Shown: one piece after another, positions 41,354 to 49,225 of the stretch | Layout of the letters: each line of letters opens with the position of its first letter | Numbering within the stretch: position 1 is the first letter of the stretch | Assembly: GCA_047285305.1 (NCBI GenBank) | Contig: JBJBDL010000003.1 | Location: 1,760,001-1,824,000 of the forward strand | From: Synechococcus sp. | Lineage (GTDB): Bacteria > Cyanobacteriota > Cyanobacteriia > PCC-6307 > Cyanobiaceae | Direction of reading: 5' to 3' | DNA: 64,000 nt | The notes under the pieces: generated by a model | Told to the model about the DNA's origin: nothing | The model's database searches: none | Seen by the model: only the letters and a program-made list of their open reading frames with translations | Position numbers and translations under genes: made by a program

Positions 41354-41551
41354 ATGGCTTCTTCGACTCCTAACGACGACTGGTTCCAAAGCGCTGCAGC
41401 AGCTCAAATTCGCAGCGAGCGTTTCGAGCGGGCAGAGCTCCTCAATGGCCGCGCTGCCATGATCGGTTTTGTGGTGGGCGTGCTTACGGAAGCCCTAACG
41501 GGGCACGGGATCGTCAGCCAGATCACCTTTGGCGTGTTCGGCTGCAACTGA
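41354..41551 (+). CDS. hli: High-light-inducible protein (Hlip/SCP)
   Basis: AELLNGRAAMIGFV...TEALTGHGI chlorophyll-binding motif ExxNGRxAM. Confidence 0.92.
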   Translation: MASSTPNDDWFQSAAAAQIRSERFERAELLNGRAAMIGFVVGVLTEALTGHGIVSQITFGVFGCN

Positions 41552-41706
41552 ATCAATCAGGCCAATGGGACAGAAAATGCCATTGAAACCATGCATTCCT
41601 CAACTCATTGGCCGTCGCCGAGCTCTGACAATTCCCCTTTTTTCAGTTGAAACGCTTGATATTCCAGCCGTTTTGCGATAAAAGGTTATGAAACGGTTAT
41701 GAAGAG

Positions 41707-41865
41707 ATGAAGACAAGCACGGCCCATTTACGTCTCGAGTCCCTCCAGCTTGCCGCTGAGGAGTGCCTGACCCGCGATGAAGCCCAGAAGATCTTGAGGA
41801 AGGCAGACAAGGCCCACGCCAAGCTCGAGTCTTCCGCAGCCCCCCTCCACCGCCCCAAGAAATGA
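41707..41865 (+). CDS. 52-aa hypothetical protein
   Basis: MKTSTAHLRLESLQLAAEECLTRDEAQKILRKADKAHAKL...*. Confidence 0.55.
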   Translation: MKTSTAHLRLESLQLAAEECLTRDEAQKILRKADKAHAKLESSAAPLHRPKK

Positions 41866-42297
41866 CAGGCAACTCAAGCCCGCAGCAGACGAAGAAATAA
41901 ACCCTCTTTCTCACCATCTGGAGTGTTTCCATTTACTCCAACGCCCCTCAAGTCAACTCGGGTTGGCTTTGCTTACCTTGATTGGTCTATGGATTCATGG
42001 GCTGGGTTGCAGCCACTCCTTTCAATCAACAGAACGGTGGTCGTCCTGTTGATAGGTGGGGCTACCAGTGAAAAAGACTGAAGGATGCAGAACGACCATG
42101 AGCGATCTGCTGACATGCTATCCAGATCTCGCCAGAACAGGACACCAGCTCAATCAAGAAAGACGGTGAGAGCTCGAAACCTTTGCAACGGGTCTCATCG
42201 CCTACTCCATGTCGAGCAGATAGTGCATGACGGCAACCCGATGGGACACAGCAATGCCTTCGAGGAGGACAGGGCCGATTAACGCCTCGGGAACGCG

Positions 42298-42561
42298 ATG
42301 AATGCGAGTGAGAGGTTTGATCTCATATGCCGTCCCTTCGAGAGCACCGGAACCGCGACTGCGGTCCCCAATCCCGCTGGCGTCACCCTTGTAATGCCAC
42401 GCAACCTGAGACAGGTGCGCATAGAAATAAGGCCCGATGCGTCAGACCACGATGGCCAGACAAGCATCGAAATCGTCACACGAAAGCACATTGATCCCAT
42501 CACGAACAGCACGTTCGTCAACATCGAGAACCATGTCCTCGAGAGCTGTTTCACCCGTTAA
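42298..42561 (+). CDS. Small hypothetical protein
   Basis: 87-aa ORF with no recognised motif. Confidence 0.45.
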   Translation: MNASERFDLICRPFESTGTATAVPNPAGVTLVMPRNLRQVRIEIRPDASDHDGQTSIEIVTRKHIDPITNSTFVNIENHVLESCFTR

Positions 42562-42912
42562 TTACTAGCAATGGATGGTGCCGCGTCGTGTTGGCTCACT
42601 TTCTGCGGGTGAGATCACCGAAATCATCGTCGTTGGGCTGCAAAAATTGCCAAACGACAGGAACTGTTAGGGCGATCGTTAGGCCAATGGTGACCCAGAT
42701 CGCTGTCGTGTAGTCGCCCATGCCATGTCCCCGCTCCTGCGGACCTTAACCAGTCCGGGCTGAAGAAGCAGCGAACACGCCAGTCACACCTGGACACGCC
42801 CTCACACACGGACCAAGGGCTTCCGAATGCTCCGGCATCCCTTTTCAAGACCCAATGATGAGTCCAATACGCCTCATTATGCGATAATTAAGCAATCCTT
42901 AAGAGCTGCCCA

Positions 42913-43164
42913 ATGGGACACTTCGCTAAGCAGCTCAGCGCGCACGAGATCAAGCAGGGCTACGCCCTGCTCAACCTGTTGGAACATCTCGACCGCGAGA
43001 TGGACCTGCTCAATCAGCAGCGAATCCGCGTCGGGCCAACAACCGAGGAAGGACAGCGACTCACCCAGATCAAGCAGAGCCATCTGCGCAAACTGCAGAG
43101 CTGCATCAGCGAACTGAATACCAGTGGCTTCAACGACTGGTTGCTGCACCAGCAGCCTGCCTGA
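42913..43164 (+). CDS. Small hypothetical protein (3' 183 nt duplicated at 47107-47289)
   Basis: 83-aa ORF with host-like codon usage. Confidence 0.75.
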   Translation: MGHFAKQLSAHEIKQGYALLNLLEHLDREMDLLNQQRIRVGPTTEEGQRLTQIKQSHLRKLQSCISELNTSGFNDWLLHQQPA

Positions 43165-43275
43165 CCCTTGAATGGGACTGAGCCATCCCGGGTGAGACAA
43201 CCCTTTGCCGCTTCCGGTCGTTTACCACCCGCACTACTCCGCGCCGCTACCGAGCACCCATCGCTTTCCGATGGC
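42982..43275 (+). repeat. 294-bp perfect direct repeat, copy 1
   Basis: gaacatctcgacc...ttccgatggc matches 47107-47400 base for base. Confidence 0.97.
43205..43275 (+). pseudogene. 5' fragment of the HDAC-family gene created by the duplication
   Basis: Same N-terminus MPLPVVYHPHYSAPLPSTHRFPMA as the gene at 47330, then unrelated sequence. Confidence 0.85.
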
Positions 43276-43379
43276 TCCAGAAGCCATAAAGCCTGTTATT
43301 GCAGTCGACCTCAGGGAAGCGCCCTTCGAGAAATCACAACGCAAACAACAACACGCTCAGACAACTCACACCTTCAACA

Positions 43380-43751
43380 AGGTGGGAGGGGCTCCCCAGC
43401 CAGTCGAAGTAGTCACGATTCATGATCCTTGGCTAGTCGTGGAGATGAGACGAGTCGGCCAGATGTAGGGCGGACTTGGCTCGGGTTAACCCCACAGAGC
43501 GAACACGCGGATCACCCTGTCTGCGCTTGGGTAGTAAGTGACTCGCCTTAGCCGTGATCAGGAGGGTTACGACTGAGTGGCATCGGATCCGGGCAAAGGA
43601 ACCGATGCGGCGGAGCCACACCCCATGCAAGCTTGGCTCCGCTTGTCTCGAAATAGTTACGGGGCTGGCGCTCAGCCATCACGAAGGCAGCAGAAAGCCA
43701 GTCAAACCGGCCTAAGTCGCTGAGAAAGAAGCAGCTACAGCAACAGCAGTA
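43380..43751 (+). ncRNA. Structured ~370-nt element, copy 1 (candidate ncRNA)
   Basis: Aligns block-wise with 43980-44348, with conserved hairpins and compensatory substitutions. Confidence 0.55.
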
Positions 43752-43760
43752 GTCGCGAAT

Positions 43761-43789
43761 AAAAAGAGGCGGGCCCCTCAGCCCACCCC
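43761..43789 (-). terminator. Minus-strand intrinsic terminator
   Basis: Minus strand reads ggggtgggc-tgaggg-gcccgcctc-ttttt. Two G-U pairs form only on this strand. Confidence 0.75.
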
Positions 43790-43855
43790 AAACAGACGCA
43801 TTAGAAGCAGCTCTGCTTCCAGAACAACAATATCAATTACTAGGCATTACTACTT

Positions 43856-43874
43856 AGCGAGAATCATTCTCGCT
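43856..43874. promoter_or_regulatory. Fur-box-like 9-1-9 palindrome
   Basis: AGCGAGAAT-C-ATTCTCGCT is a perfect inverted repeat with a GAGAATnATTCTC core. Confidence 0.55.
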
Positions 43875-43979
43875 TGAGTCATATTCGGCTGACGCGTGCG
43901 GCTCTGCAAACGCGTTGGGAGATGGAAGTGCATGCAGCGGGTTTCCCTCAACCCGCTTCTCCCTCATTTTTCATCGCAC

Positions 43980-44348
43980 AGGTGGAGGGCAGCATCTCCA
44001 GCCAATGATCTAGTCGGGATTCATGATCCATGGCTAGGGGTGGAAGTGAGACGAGATGGCCTTGGAGAGTTGGCGGTCTTGGCTCGGGTGATCTGTCCGA
44101 CGGCTGGCCGGATCACCCTGTCTGCGATTTAGCGGCAGTTCACACAATTCAAGCTTGATAAGGACGGTTACGACTGAATTGCACACCGCAAGTGAGAGAG
44201 CTGCGTGTGCGGCGGAGTCACCATCGCTCGGGGCTCCGCTCAACCCCAAATGGTGTAAGGCCCCATTCTCAGCCATCACAAAGGCAGCAGCAAACCAGTC
44301 AAAACGACCTAAGTATCTAAGTCAGCAGCAGATGGAGCAACAGCAGTA
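43980..44348 (+). ncRNA. Structured ~370-nt element, copy 2 (candidate ncRNA)
   Basis: Diverged paralogue of 43380-43751, 600 bp downstream. Confidence 0.55.
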
Positions 44349-44383
44349 CTCAAAGGCAAACTGGCTGAACTCTTGATTCGCTG

Positions 44384-44587
44384 ATGGAGCTGAAAATTAA
44401 TGGGCACCCCATCAGCGTTCGCTTTAAAAGCGACGCGGTCGTAGCCCAAAGAGTCGCGGCTCATATCCAGCGCCGCATAAAAGAAGACGATTGGCTTCCC
44501 TTTCAGTCCAAAGAGGATGCGCTGCAGTCGTGGCAAAAGCTTGGGGGCATTCGCGTTCAGGTATTGAGGGCCTACGACCTCATCTGA
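44384..44587 (+). CDS. Small hypothetical protein
   Basis: 67-aa ORF containing EDDWLPFQSKEDALQSWQKLGGIRVQVL. Confidence 0.65.
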   Translation: MELKINGHPISVRFKSDAVVAQRVAAHIQRRIKEDDWLPFQSKEDALQSWQKLGGIRVQVLRAYDLI

Positions 44588-44791
44588 TCAGCGCACAGGC
44601 GGCGGACAACGCCTCCAGCCCGTCTTCTGCATCGTCTGCCAAGCCTCAATCGCGTTGTGCCGCAGCAACAGCCGTCGCGTCATCGGCTCAGGCGGGCGGG
44701 GCGGAACGTAGCTGTAGGTCCTGATGGCTACCCACTGAGCGGGAACCGTCGCCGTGTCGGGCTTGAAGTGGCAGAGCTTCTGCTGCTGCAC
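44588..44791 (-). CDS. DUF1651-like protein (5' end possibly eroded)
   Basis: LCHFKPD...RRLLLRHNAIEAWQTMQKTGWRRCPP matches the remembered DUF1651 pattern (AxxxWxxLxxxGW). Confidence 0.6.
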   Translation of the reverse strand: MQQQKLCHFKPDTATVPAQWVAIRTYSYVPPRPPEPMTRRLLLRHNAIEAWQTMQKTGWRRCPPPVR

Positions 44792-44877
44792 CGTCCCTGG
44801 AGCACTTCTGTCGTGATCCTGGGCGCGATTCGTTCATTGCATCAGTAGCTAGTGAACTGTTCATTCCTTAAGTCCGA

Positions 44878-45063
44878 TCAGAACAACCAGACCCCCAACA
44901 ACACGCCTGTTACCAGACCTTTGAACCAGAGCAACGCAGCCATCTGGTAGTCAGAGAGACCGAGCTTGTCCTTGATCCAGAAAAAGACCTTTTTATCTGC
45001 AAAGAGGAGAGGTGGACCGGTTTCCACGGAGCAAGGCCATGCCGAAACCAGTTCATCAGCCAT
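44878..45063 (-). CDS. Small membrane protein
   Basis: WIKDKLGLSDYQMAALLWFKGLVTGVLLGVWLF C-terminus. Start uncertain. Confidence 0.55.
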   Translation of the reverse strand: MADELVSAWPCSVETGPPLLFADKKVFFWIKDKLGLSDYQMAALLWFKGLVTGVLLGVWLF

Positions 45064-45349
45064 AGACAGCAGATACGACTTGTCTAGCAGCGTTGCCCAC
45101 ACATTCTCGACTTGGAAAAGACAGGAACCTCCTTTTGATCGAACGAAGCCACCGTCTGCACGTAGGTGACTCCGCTGCCCTGGCCGATGCAAATCACCAA
45201 GGGCACCTTCGTCGTAACTCTGTCGAGGAAGCTGGCGACGCCTTACTTGATACCCATCCATCGATGCGTGTCCTGAAATGAACAAAAGAAGATGCACAGC
45301 CGCTGCACATGTCTAATTTTTTGGCTTCTAAGCAAGAATCAATATCGGC

Positions 45350-45541
45350 ATGTATTTCATCGAACGCCGAGGGACTGGCCGTCAATGGATACGGGAAGTG
45401 AACTATAAAAATGAGCTCAAGGCATGGATAGGCGCTCGTCGCAAGGCAATTGCAACCTTGAATACATACCGCGTAGTCCATGAACTCTCTCCAGATCAAG
45501 TGGTCTACTGCGTTAACGGATCTGAACTGGTCAAGGACTAG
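45350..45541 (+). CDS. Small hypothetical protein
   Basis: 63-aa ATG-initiated ORF MYFIERRG...YRVVHE. Confidence 0.55.
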   Translation: MYFIERRGTGRQWIREVNYKNELKAWIGARRKAIATLNTYRVVHELSPDQVVYCVNGSELVKD

Positions 45542-45980
45542 TCAATTGGGAGTGTGGTGCCGCCTACTCCTGACTTTTCGCCTGTCGCTCATCTTTCAGC
45601 ACTGCTGGCTGCAACGGACAAGCCAGTGCACGAAAAGGCTTGTGTCGTCCATCAAGGATGAGTTCGCCGAGTGATTGAGCGTGATGAAGATGAATCTCCA
45701 TCAGACCTCCTACCAACATCCTTGGTGTAACCAGACAGCGACAATGGTCAAGTGATATCTGATGCCTTTTCGCCATTACGTCGGGTTTCCTCTTACCGAA
45801 AGTGGTCGATATGTTCTTCAATTGCCCATGTCACTCAATCTCGATCCCCCTCAAGCTCTCATATGCGATGAGAATGCCAGCGGCTAGACGCTTACGCGGG
45901 AAAATCAACCAACTGTGAGCTTCGTTACACCATGACTCCTATGACCGAGGCCATAACCAAGAAGTGTTCTCAAAAACAAA

Positions 45981-46184
45981 GTGGCATCAGTAGAGCTGAT
46001 TACTCAAACTCCACGTGGCTCATCCATACAAAGAGTCGAAAGCGGCAAGTTTTTGGTTTGCGATAGCGAGCAATCGTGTTTCGTCGCATGCAGCCTCTAC
46101 TTAGCTGAAGAGCAGCTTGAGGAAATGGAGCATGGATACAGCTTTCCCTACTCAACAGGCTTCCGCATAGCCCGGACAGACTGA
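45981..46184 (+). CDS. Small protein with a VCDxxxxC motif
   Basis: FLVCDSEQSCFVACSLYLAEE, resembling the ORF at 37270. Confidence 0.55.
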   Translation: MASVELITQTPRGSSIQRVESGKFLVCDSEQSCFVACSLYLAEEQLEEMEHGYSFPYSTGFRIARTD

Positions 46185-46243
46185 AAGGCTTGTGCGGCTA
46201 AGCAACAGAGCCCGACTTACCGGCATAAAAACCTATTGATTTT

Positions 46244-46257
46244 GTATCGGTTGCTAC
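46244..46257. promoter_or_regulatory. NtcA box
   Basis: GTA-TCGGTTGC-TAC (GTA-N8-TAC) between TTGATT (46236) and TAAAAT (46258). Confidence 0.6.
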
Positions 46258-46286
46258 TAAAATACGCGCAGGTATCGAAGTGATCT

Positions 46287-46556
46287 ATGGCGACACTGCA
46301 GTCAGTCGGAAGAAAAATCCTGACCTACATTTCGCCGAGCGCGAAGGAGCAATCTGCTTATTTTAAAATTACGAGGGATATCTCTGAAGCGCAATTCTAT
46401 CTTGGAAATAGATTTCAGGAAATTTATCTATGGCAAGAGGTCGCAGATCGCGACATGGACATCTCTCGAATAGAGAATCTCTTATATGGATGCTCTTTCC
46501 ATGATGACGAAGTAGCCATGACCGAAGCCGATGATGACTTTATGAGCAAGAAGTAA
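46287..46556 (+). CDS. Small acidic hypothetical protein
   Basis: 89-aa ORF downstream of a clear sigma70-like promoter. Confidence 0.65.
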   Translation: MATLQSVGRKILTYISPSAKEQSAYFKITRDISEAQFYLGNRFQEIYLWQEVADRDMDISRIENLLYGCSFHDDEVAMTEADDDFMSKK

Positions 46557-46918
46557 AATCGCCCGGGCAAGCACCACCAGGATCTCTGCTACTAATTTCA
46601 GCCGTATAGCCGAGCCGGGAAGAATTAGCGCTTAAGCAAATATGCCGCCTAGCAGAAGGTGAAAGAATAACCAGAAAATAGCGCCGATTGAAATTGCAGG
46701 AACAGTAAGTCCCATCATTTTTATTGCAACTTCCATATTTTAACGGATATTTCACGAGTCTTTGTTATATTCAACACACAAATATCGCTAAGAGTATTTA
46801 TACGCAAGCCTAGACACTTGCAGTAGTAAATACTCAATACCGACATTTGGTGATACTTGGCACATAGTCTTCATGGCGGTCAAAATCATGATGTCCATAG
46901 CAAGCAATTGAATTATTC

Positions 46919-47062
46919 ATGGACGACCAAAAGAACGAATGTCAACAGCTGAACAAACAGCTTTCTGTCTATCGCGCATTTAATAATCAGAGTGCAATAG
47001 CAGCAATCCTGAGGCAGATGGCTGTTTCACATTGCTCCATCGCTGCATCTCAGCCTGAGTAA
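46919..47062 (+). CDS. 47-aa hypothetical protein
   Basis: MDDQKNECQQLNKQLSVYRAFNNQSAIAAILRQMAVSHC...*. Confidence 0.4.
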   Translation: MDDQKNECQQLNKQLSVYRAFNNQSAIAAILRQMAVSHCSIAASQPE

Positions 47063-47106
47063 AAGGACAAAGACGGATAAATCAAAATGGGAATTCTTGG
47101 GATATA

Positions 47107-47400
47107 GAACATCTCGACCGCGAGATGGACCTGCTCAATCAGCAGCGAATCCGCGTCGGGCCAACAACCGAGGAAGGACAGCGACTCACCCAGATCAAGC
47201 AGAGCCATCTGCGCAAACTGCAGAGCTGCATCAGCGAACTGAATACCAGTGGCTTCAACGACTGGTTGCTGCACCAGCAGCCTGCCTGACCCTTGAATGG
47301 GACTGAGCCATCCCGGGTGAGACAACCCTTTGCCGCTTCCGGTCGTTTACCACCCGCACTACTCCGCGCCGCTACCGAGCACCCATCGCTTTCCGATGGC
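47107..47400 (+). repeat. 294-bp perfect direct repeat, copy 2
   Basis: Identical to 42982-43275 (offset 4125). Confidence 0.97.
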
Positions 47401-48247
47401 GAAGTTCCGGCTGCTGCATCAACTCCTGCTGGATCAGGGGGTCGTCCAGGCCGAGGAGGTGCATCGGCCCCTGAGCATCGCCCGCAGAGACCTGGAGAGC
47501 GTTCATCCCCGCGAGTATCACGAAGCCTTCAGCCGTGATCGCCTGACCCGACCGGAGCAACGTCGCATCGGGCTTCCGGCCACACGGCCTTTGGTGCAGC
47601 GCACCTGGCTTGCCGTGGGCGGCACCCTGTTGACGGCACGACTAGCTCTCAAGCGGGGCTTGGCCTCTCATCTGGCGGGCGGCACCCACCACGCCCACCC
47701 TGGCTTCGGGAGTGGCTTCTGCATCTTCAATGACAGTGCTGTCGCCGCACGGGTGTTGCTGGGAACAGGGGAGGTACAGCGGGTTCTGATCGTGGATCTT
47801 GATGTGCACCAAGGAGATGGATCGGCAGCCTGCTTTCAACACGACCCCAGGGTGACCACCCTTTCGGTGCACGCCGCCAGCAATTTCCCCTTGCGCAAAG
47901 TGGACGGGGATATCGACATCCCCCTCGCCGACGGCACCAACGACGACGACTATCTCGCTGCCATTGCCGACCGGTTGCCCGATGCCTTAGACACCATCGC
48001 CCCGGACTTGGTGCTCTACAACGCGGGCGTCGACCCGCATCGCGATGATCGGCTCGGCCGCCTCGCCCTCAGCGATGCGGGATTAAACATGCGCGATCGA
48101 CTCGTGCTCGATGGCTGTCTGCGCCGCAGGATTCCAACCGCAACGGTGATCGGCGGCGGCTACGACGCCCTCGCTCCCCTGGTGCAGCGACACGCCATCG
48201 TGGTGCGTGCTGCTGCCGAGCAGGCTCGCTTGTTCGACCTTCCATGA
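47330..48247 (+). CDS. Histone deacetylase family protein
   Basis: HRFPMAKF, AGGTHHA, GSGFCIFND, VDLDVHQGDG, YNAGVD and IGGGY. Confidence 0.93.
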   Translation: MPLPVVYHPHYSAPLPSTHRFPMAKFRLLHQLLLDQGVVQAEEVHRPLSIARRDLESVHPREYHEAFSRDRLTRPEQRRIGLPATRPLVQRTWLAVGGTLLTARLALKRGLASHLAGGTHHAHPGFGSGFCIFNDSAVAARVLLGTGEVQRVLIVDLDVHQGDGSAACFQHDPRVTTLSVHAASNFPLRKVDGDIDIPLADGTNDDDYLAAIADRLPDALDTIAPDLVLYNAGVDPHRDDRLGRLALSDAGLNMRDRLVLDGCLRRRIPTATVIGGGYDALAPLVQRHAIVVRAAAEQARLFDLP

Positions 48248-48834
48248 CTGAGGGAATCTCTGAGGCCATCACTGAGGAGATCCCACCCTGGAGACCTCTG
48301 CTGCGCGCGGCCAGGCAGCGGGAGGGACGCTCCGTTGCCGCCCGCTGGGTGCAACTGGCCACAACAGGACGCGATGGCGCACCTCGGGTGCGAACCCTGG
48401 TGTTCCGCGGCTGGGCCGGTGCAGACCAGCTCGAACTGTTCAGCGATCAGCGCAGCGAGAAGGTGATGGAACTCGCCAACGATGGAGCCTCTGAACTGTG
48501 CTGGTTGTTCCCCAAATCCCGCCAGCAGTACCGACTGCGGGGAAAGGTGAAGCTAATCACAGCCACCGAACAACCTGAGCTCTGCCAGCAGCGCTGGCGA
48601 AAGCTCTCCGACACAGGTCGGGCAGTATGGGGCTGGCCCACCCCGGCGGATCCGCTGGACCCCACGGCAGCCTTCCCCGATCAACTCGCTGAAACTGCAC
48701 CGCTGCCAGACCATTTCGTGGTGCTGAGGCTTCAGGTGATCAGCGTTGAGCGGCTCAACCTCGGCCCTCATCCCCATCAACGCACGCGTTGGAGCGCGGA
48801 TACGCTCTGGCAAGAGCAACCGCTGAACCCTTAA
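48244..48834 (+). CDS. Pyridoxamine 5'-phosphate oxidase-like FMN-binding protein
   Basis: QLATT, PRVRTLVFRG, DQRSEK and QQYRLRG. Confidence 0.85.
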   Translation: MTEGISEAITEEIPPWRPLLRAARQREGRSVAARWVQLATTGRDGAPRVRTLVFRGWAGADQLELFSDQRSEKVMELANDGASELCWLFPKSRQQYRLRGKVKLITATEQPELCQQRWRKLSDTGRAVWGWPTPADPLDPTAAFPDQLAETAPLPDHFVVLRLQVISVERLNLGPHPHQRTRWSADTLWQEQPLNP

Positions 48835-49182
48835 TCACCACCAACGCTCAACGCGACCAACAGACGGAAGGCCGGGTTCACTGGGCACCGTCACCACCGA
48901 CAGCCGCTGCAGGTCTCGGCGGTAATCAAAGCGGCAGAAGCCAACGCCAGTTCCGGAACAGGCCGAAAGACTTTCGAGCGCAACAGAGGCCCAGCGCCGC
49001 TCCTCGGTGGTTGGCTTTGTTTCCGGGGCAGGACGCCAGCCATCAGCAATCAAGTGGCGATTCGCCTCAAGGATGGTTTGACTAGCGCTGAGCTGCGGCT
49101 CAGGTCTGGCCAAGGCAGACCCGCACACCAACCAGGGCAGAAACAGCGACAAGACAACACAACGGGCCATGGAGGGGCTCAT
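48835..49182 (-). CDS. Hypothetical exported protein
   Basis: Signal-like N-terminus, LIADGWRP and ACSGTGVGFCRFDY. Confidence 0.65.
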   Translation of the reverse strand: MSPSMARCVVLSLFLPWLVCGSALARPEPQLSASQTILEANRHLIADGWRPAPETKPTTEERRWASVALESLSACSGTGVGFCRFDYRRDLQRLSVVTVPSEPGLPSVGRVERWW

Positions 49183-49225
49183 CCTTCTCTGACCTAGCCA
49201 TGAATTCGAGCGCTGACCACAGGGG

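Larger units (their letters stand above)
43276..47106. mobile_element. 3,831-bp inserted segment between 294-bp direct repeats, no recombinase visible
   Basis: Bracketed by the identical repeats. The outer genes are intact and the inner copies are truncated. Confidence 0.6.
36990..47329. other. tRNA-Pro-adjacent accessory/hypervariable region
   Basis: Visibly more AT-rich than the flanks, with almost only short ORFs, an hli gene and an internal duplication. Confidence 0.7.

Noticed and set aside
43205..43468. 87-aa ORF as a functional gene
   Set aside because: It is a chimera of the duplicated HDAC 5' end reading into the insertion.
43380..44348. Structured element as a canonical group I or group II intron
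   Set aside because: GACTG/CAGTC recalls group I P7, but I found no recognisable P/Q elements, no group II domain V and no interrupted host gene.
43433..44376. ORFs 43433-43630(-), 44034-44279(-), 43896-44132(+) and 44155-44376(+) as real genes
   Set aside because: They share only short blocks that reflect the nucleotide repeat, and indels and stops differ between the copies. The 3' ~70 nt show a few third-position changes, so a short peptide there is not fully excluded.
43276..47106. IS or transposon with terminal inverted repeats
   Set aside because: The inner ends (tccagaagccat versus reverse-complement tatatcccaagaattcccat) are not a convincing inverted repeat, and there is no transposase ORF.
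36854..47400. Integrase-driven prophage or tycheposon at tRNA-Pro
   Set aside because: No integrase or phage hallmark gene, and no duplicated tRNA 3' end was spotted in the window.
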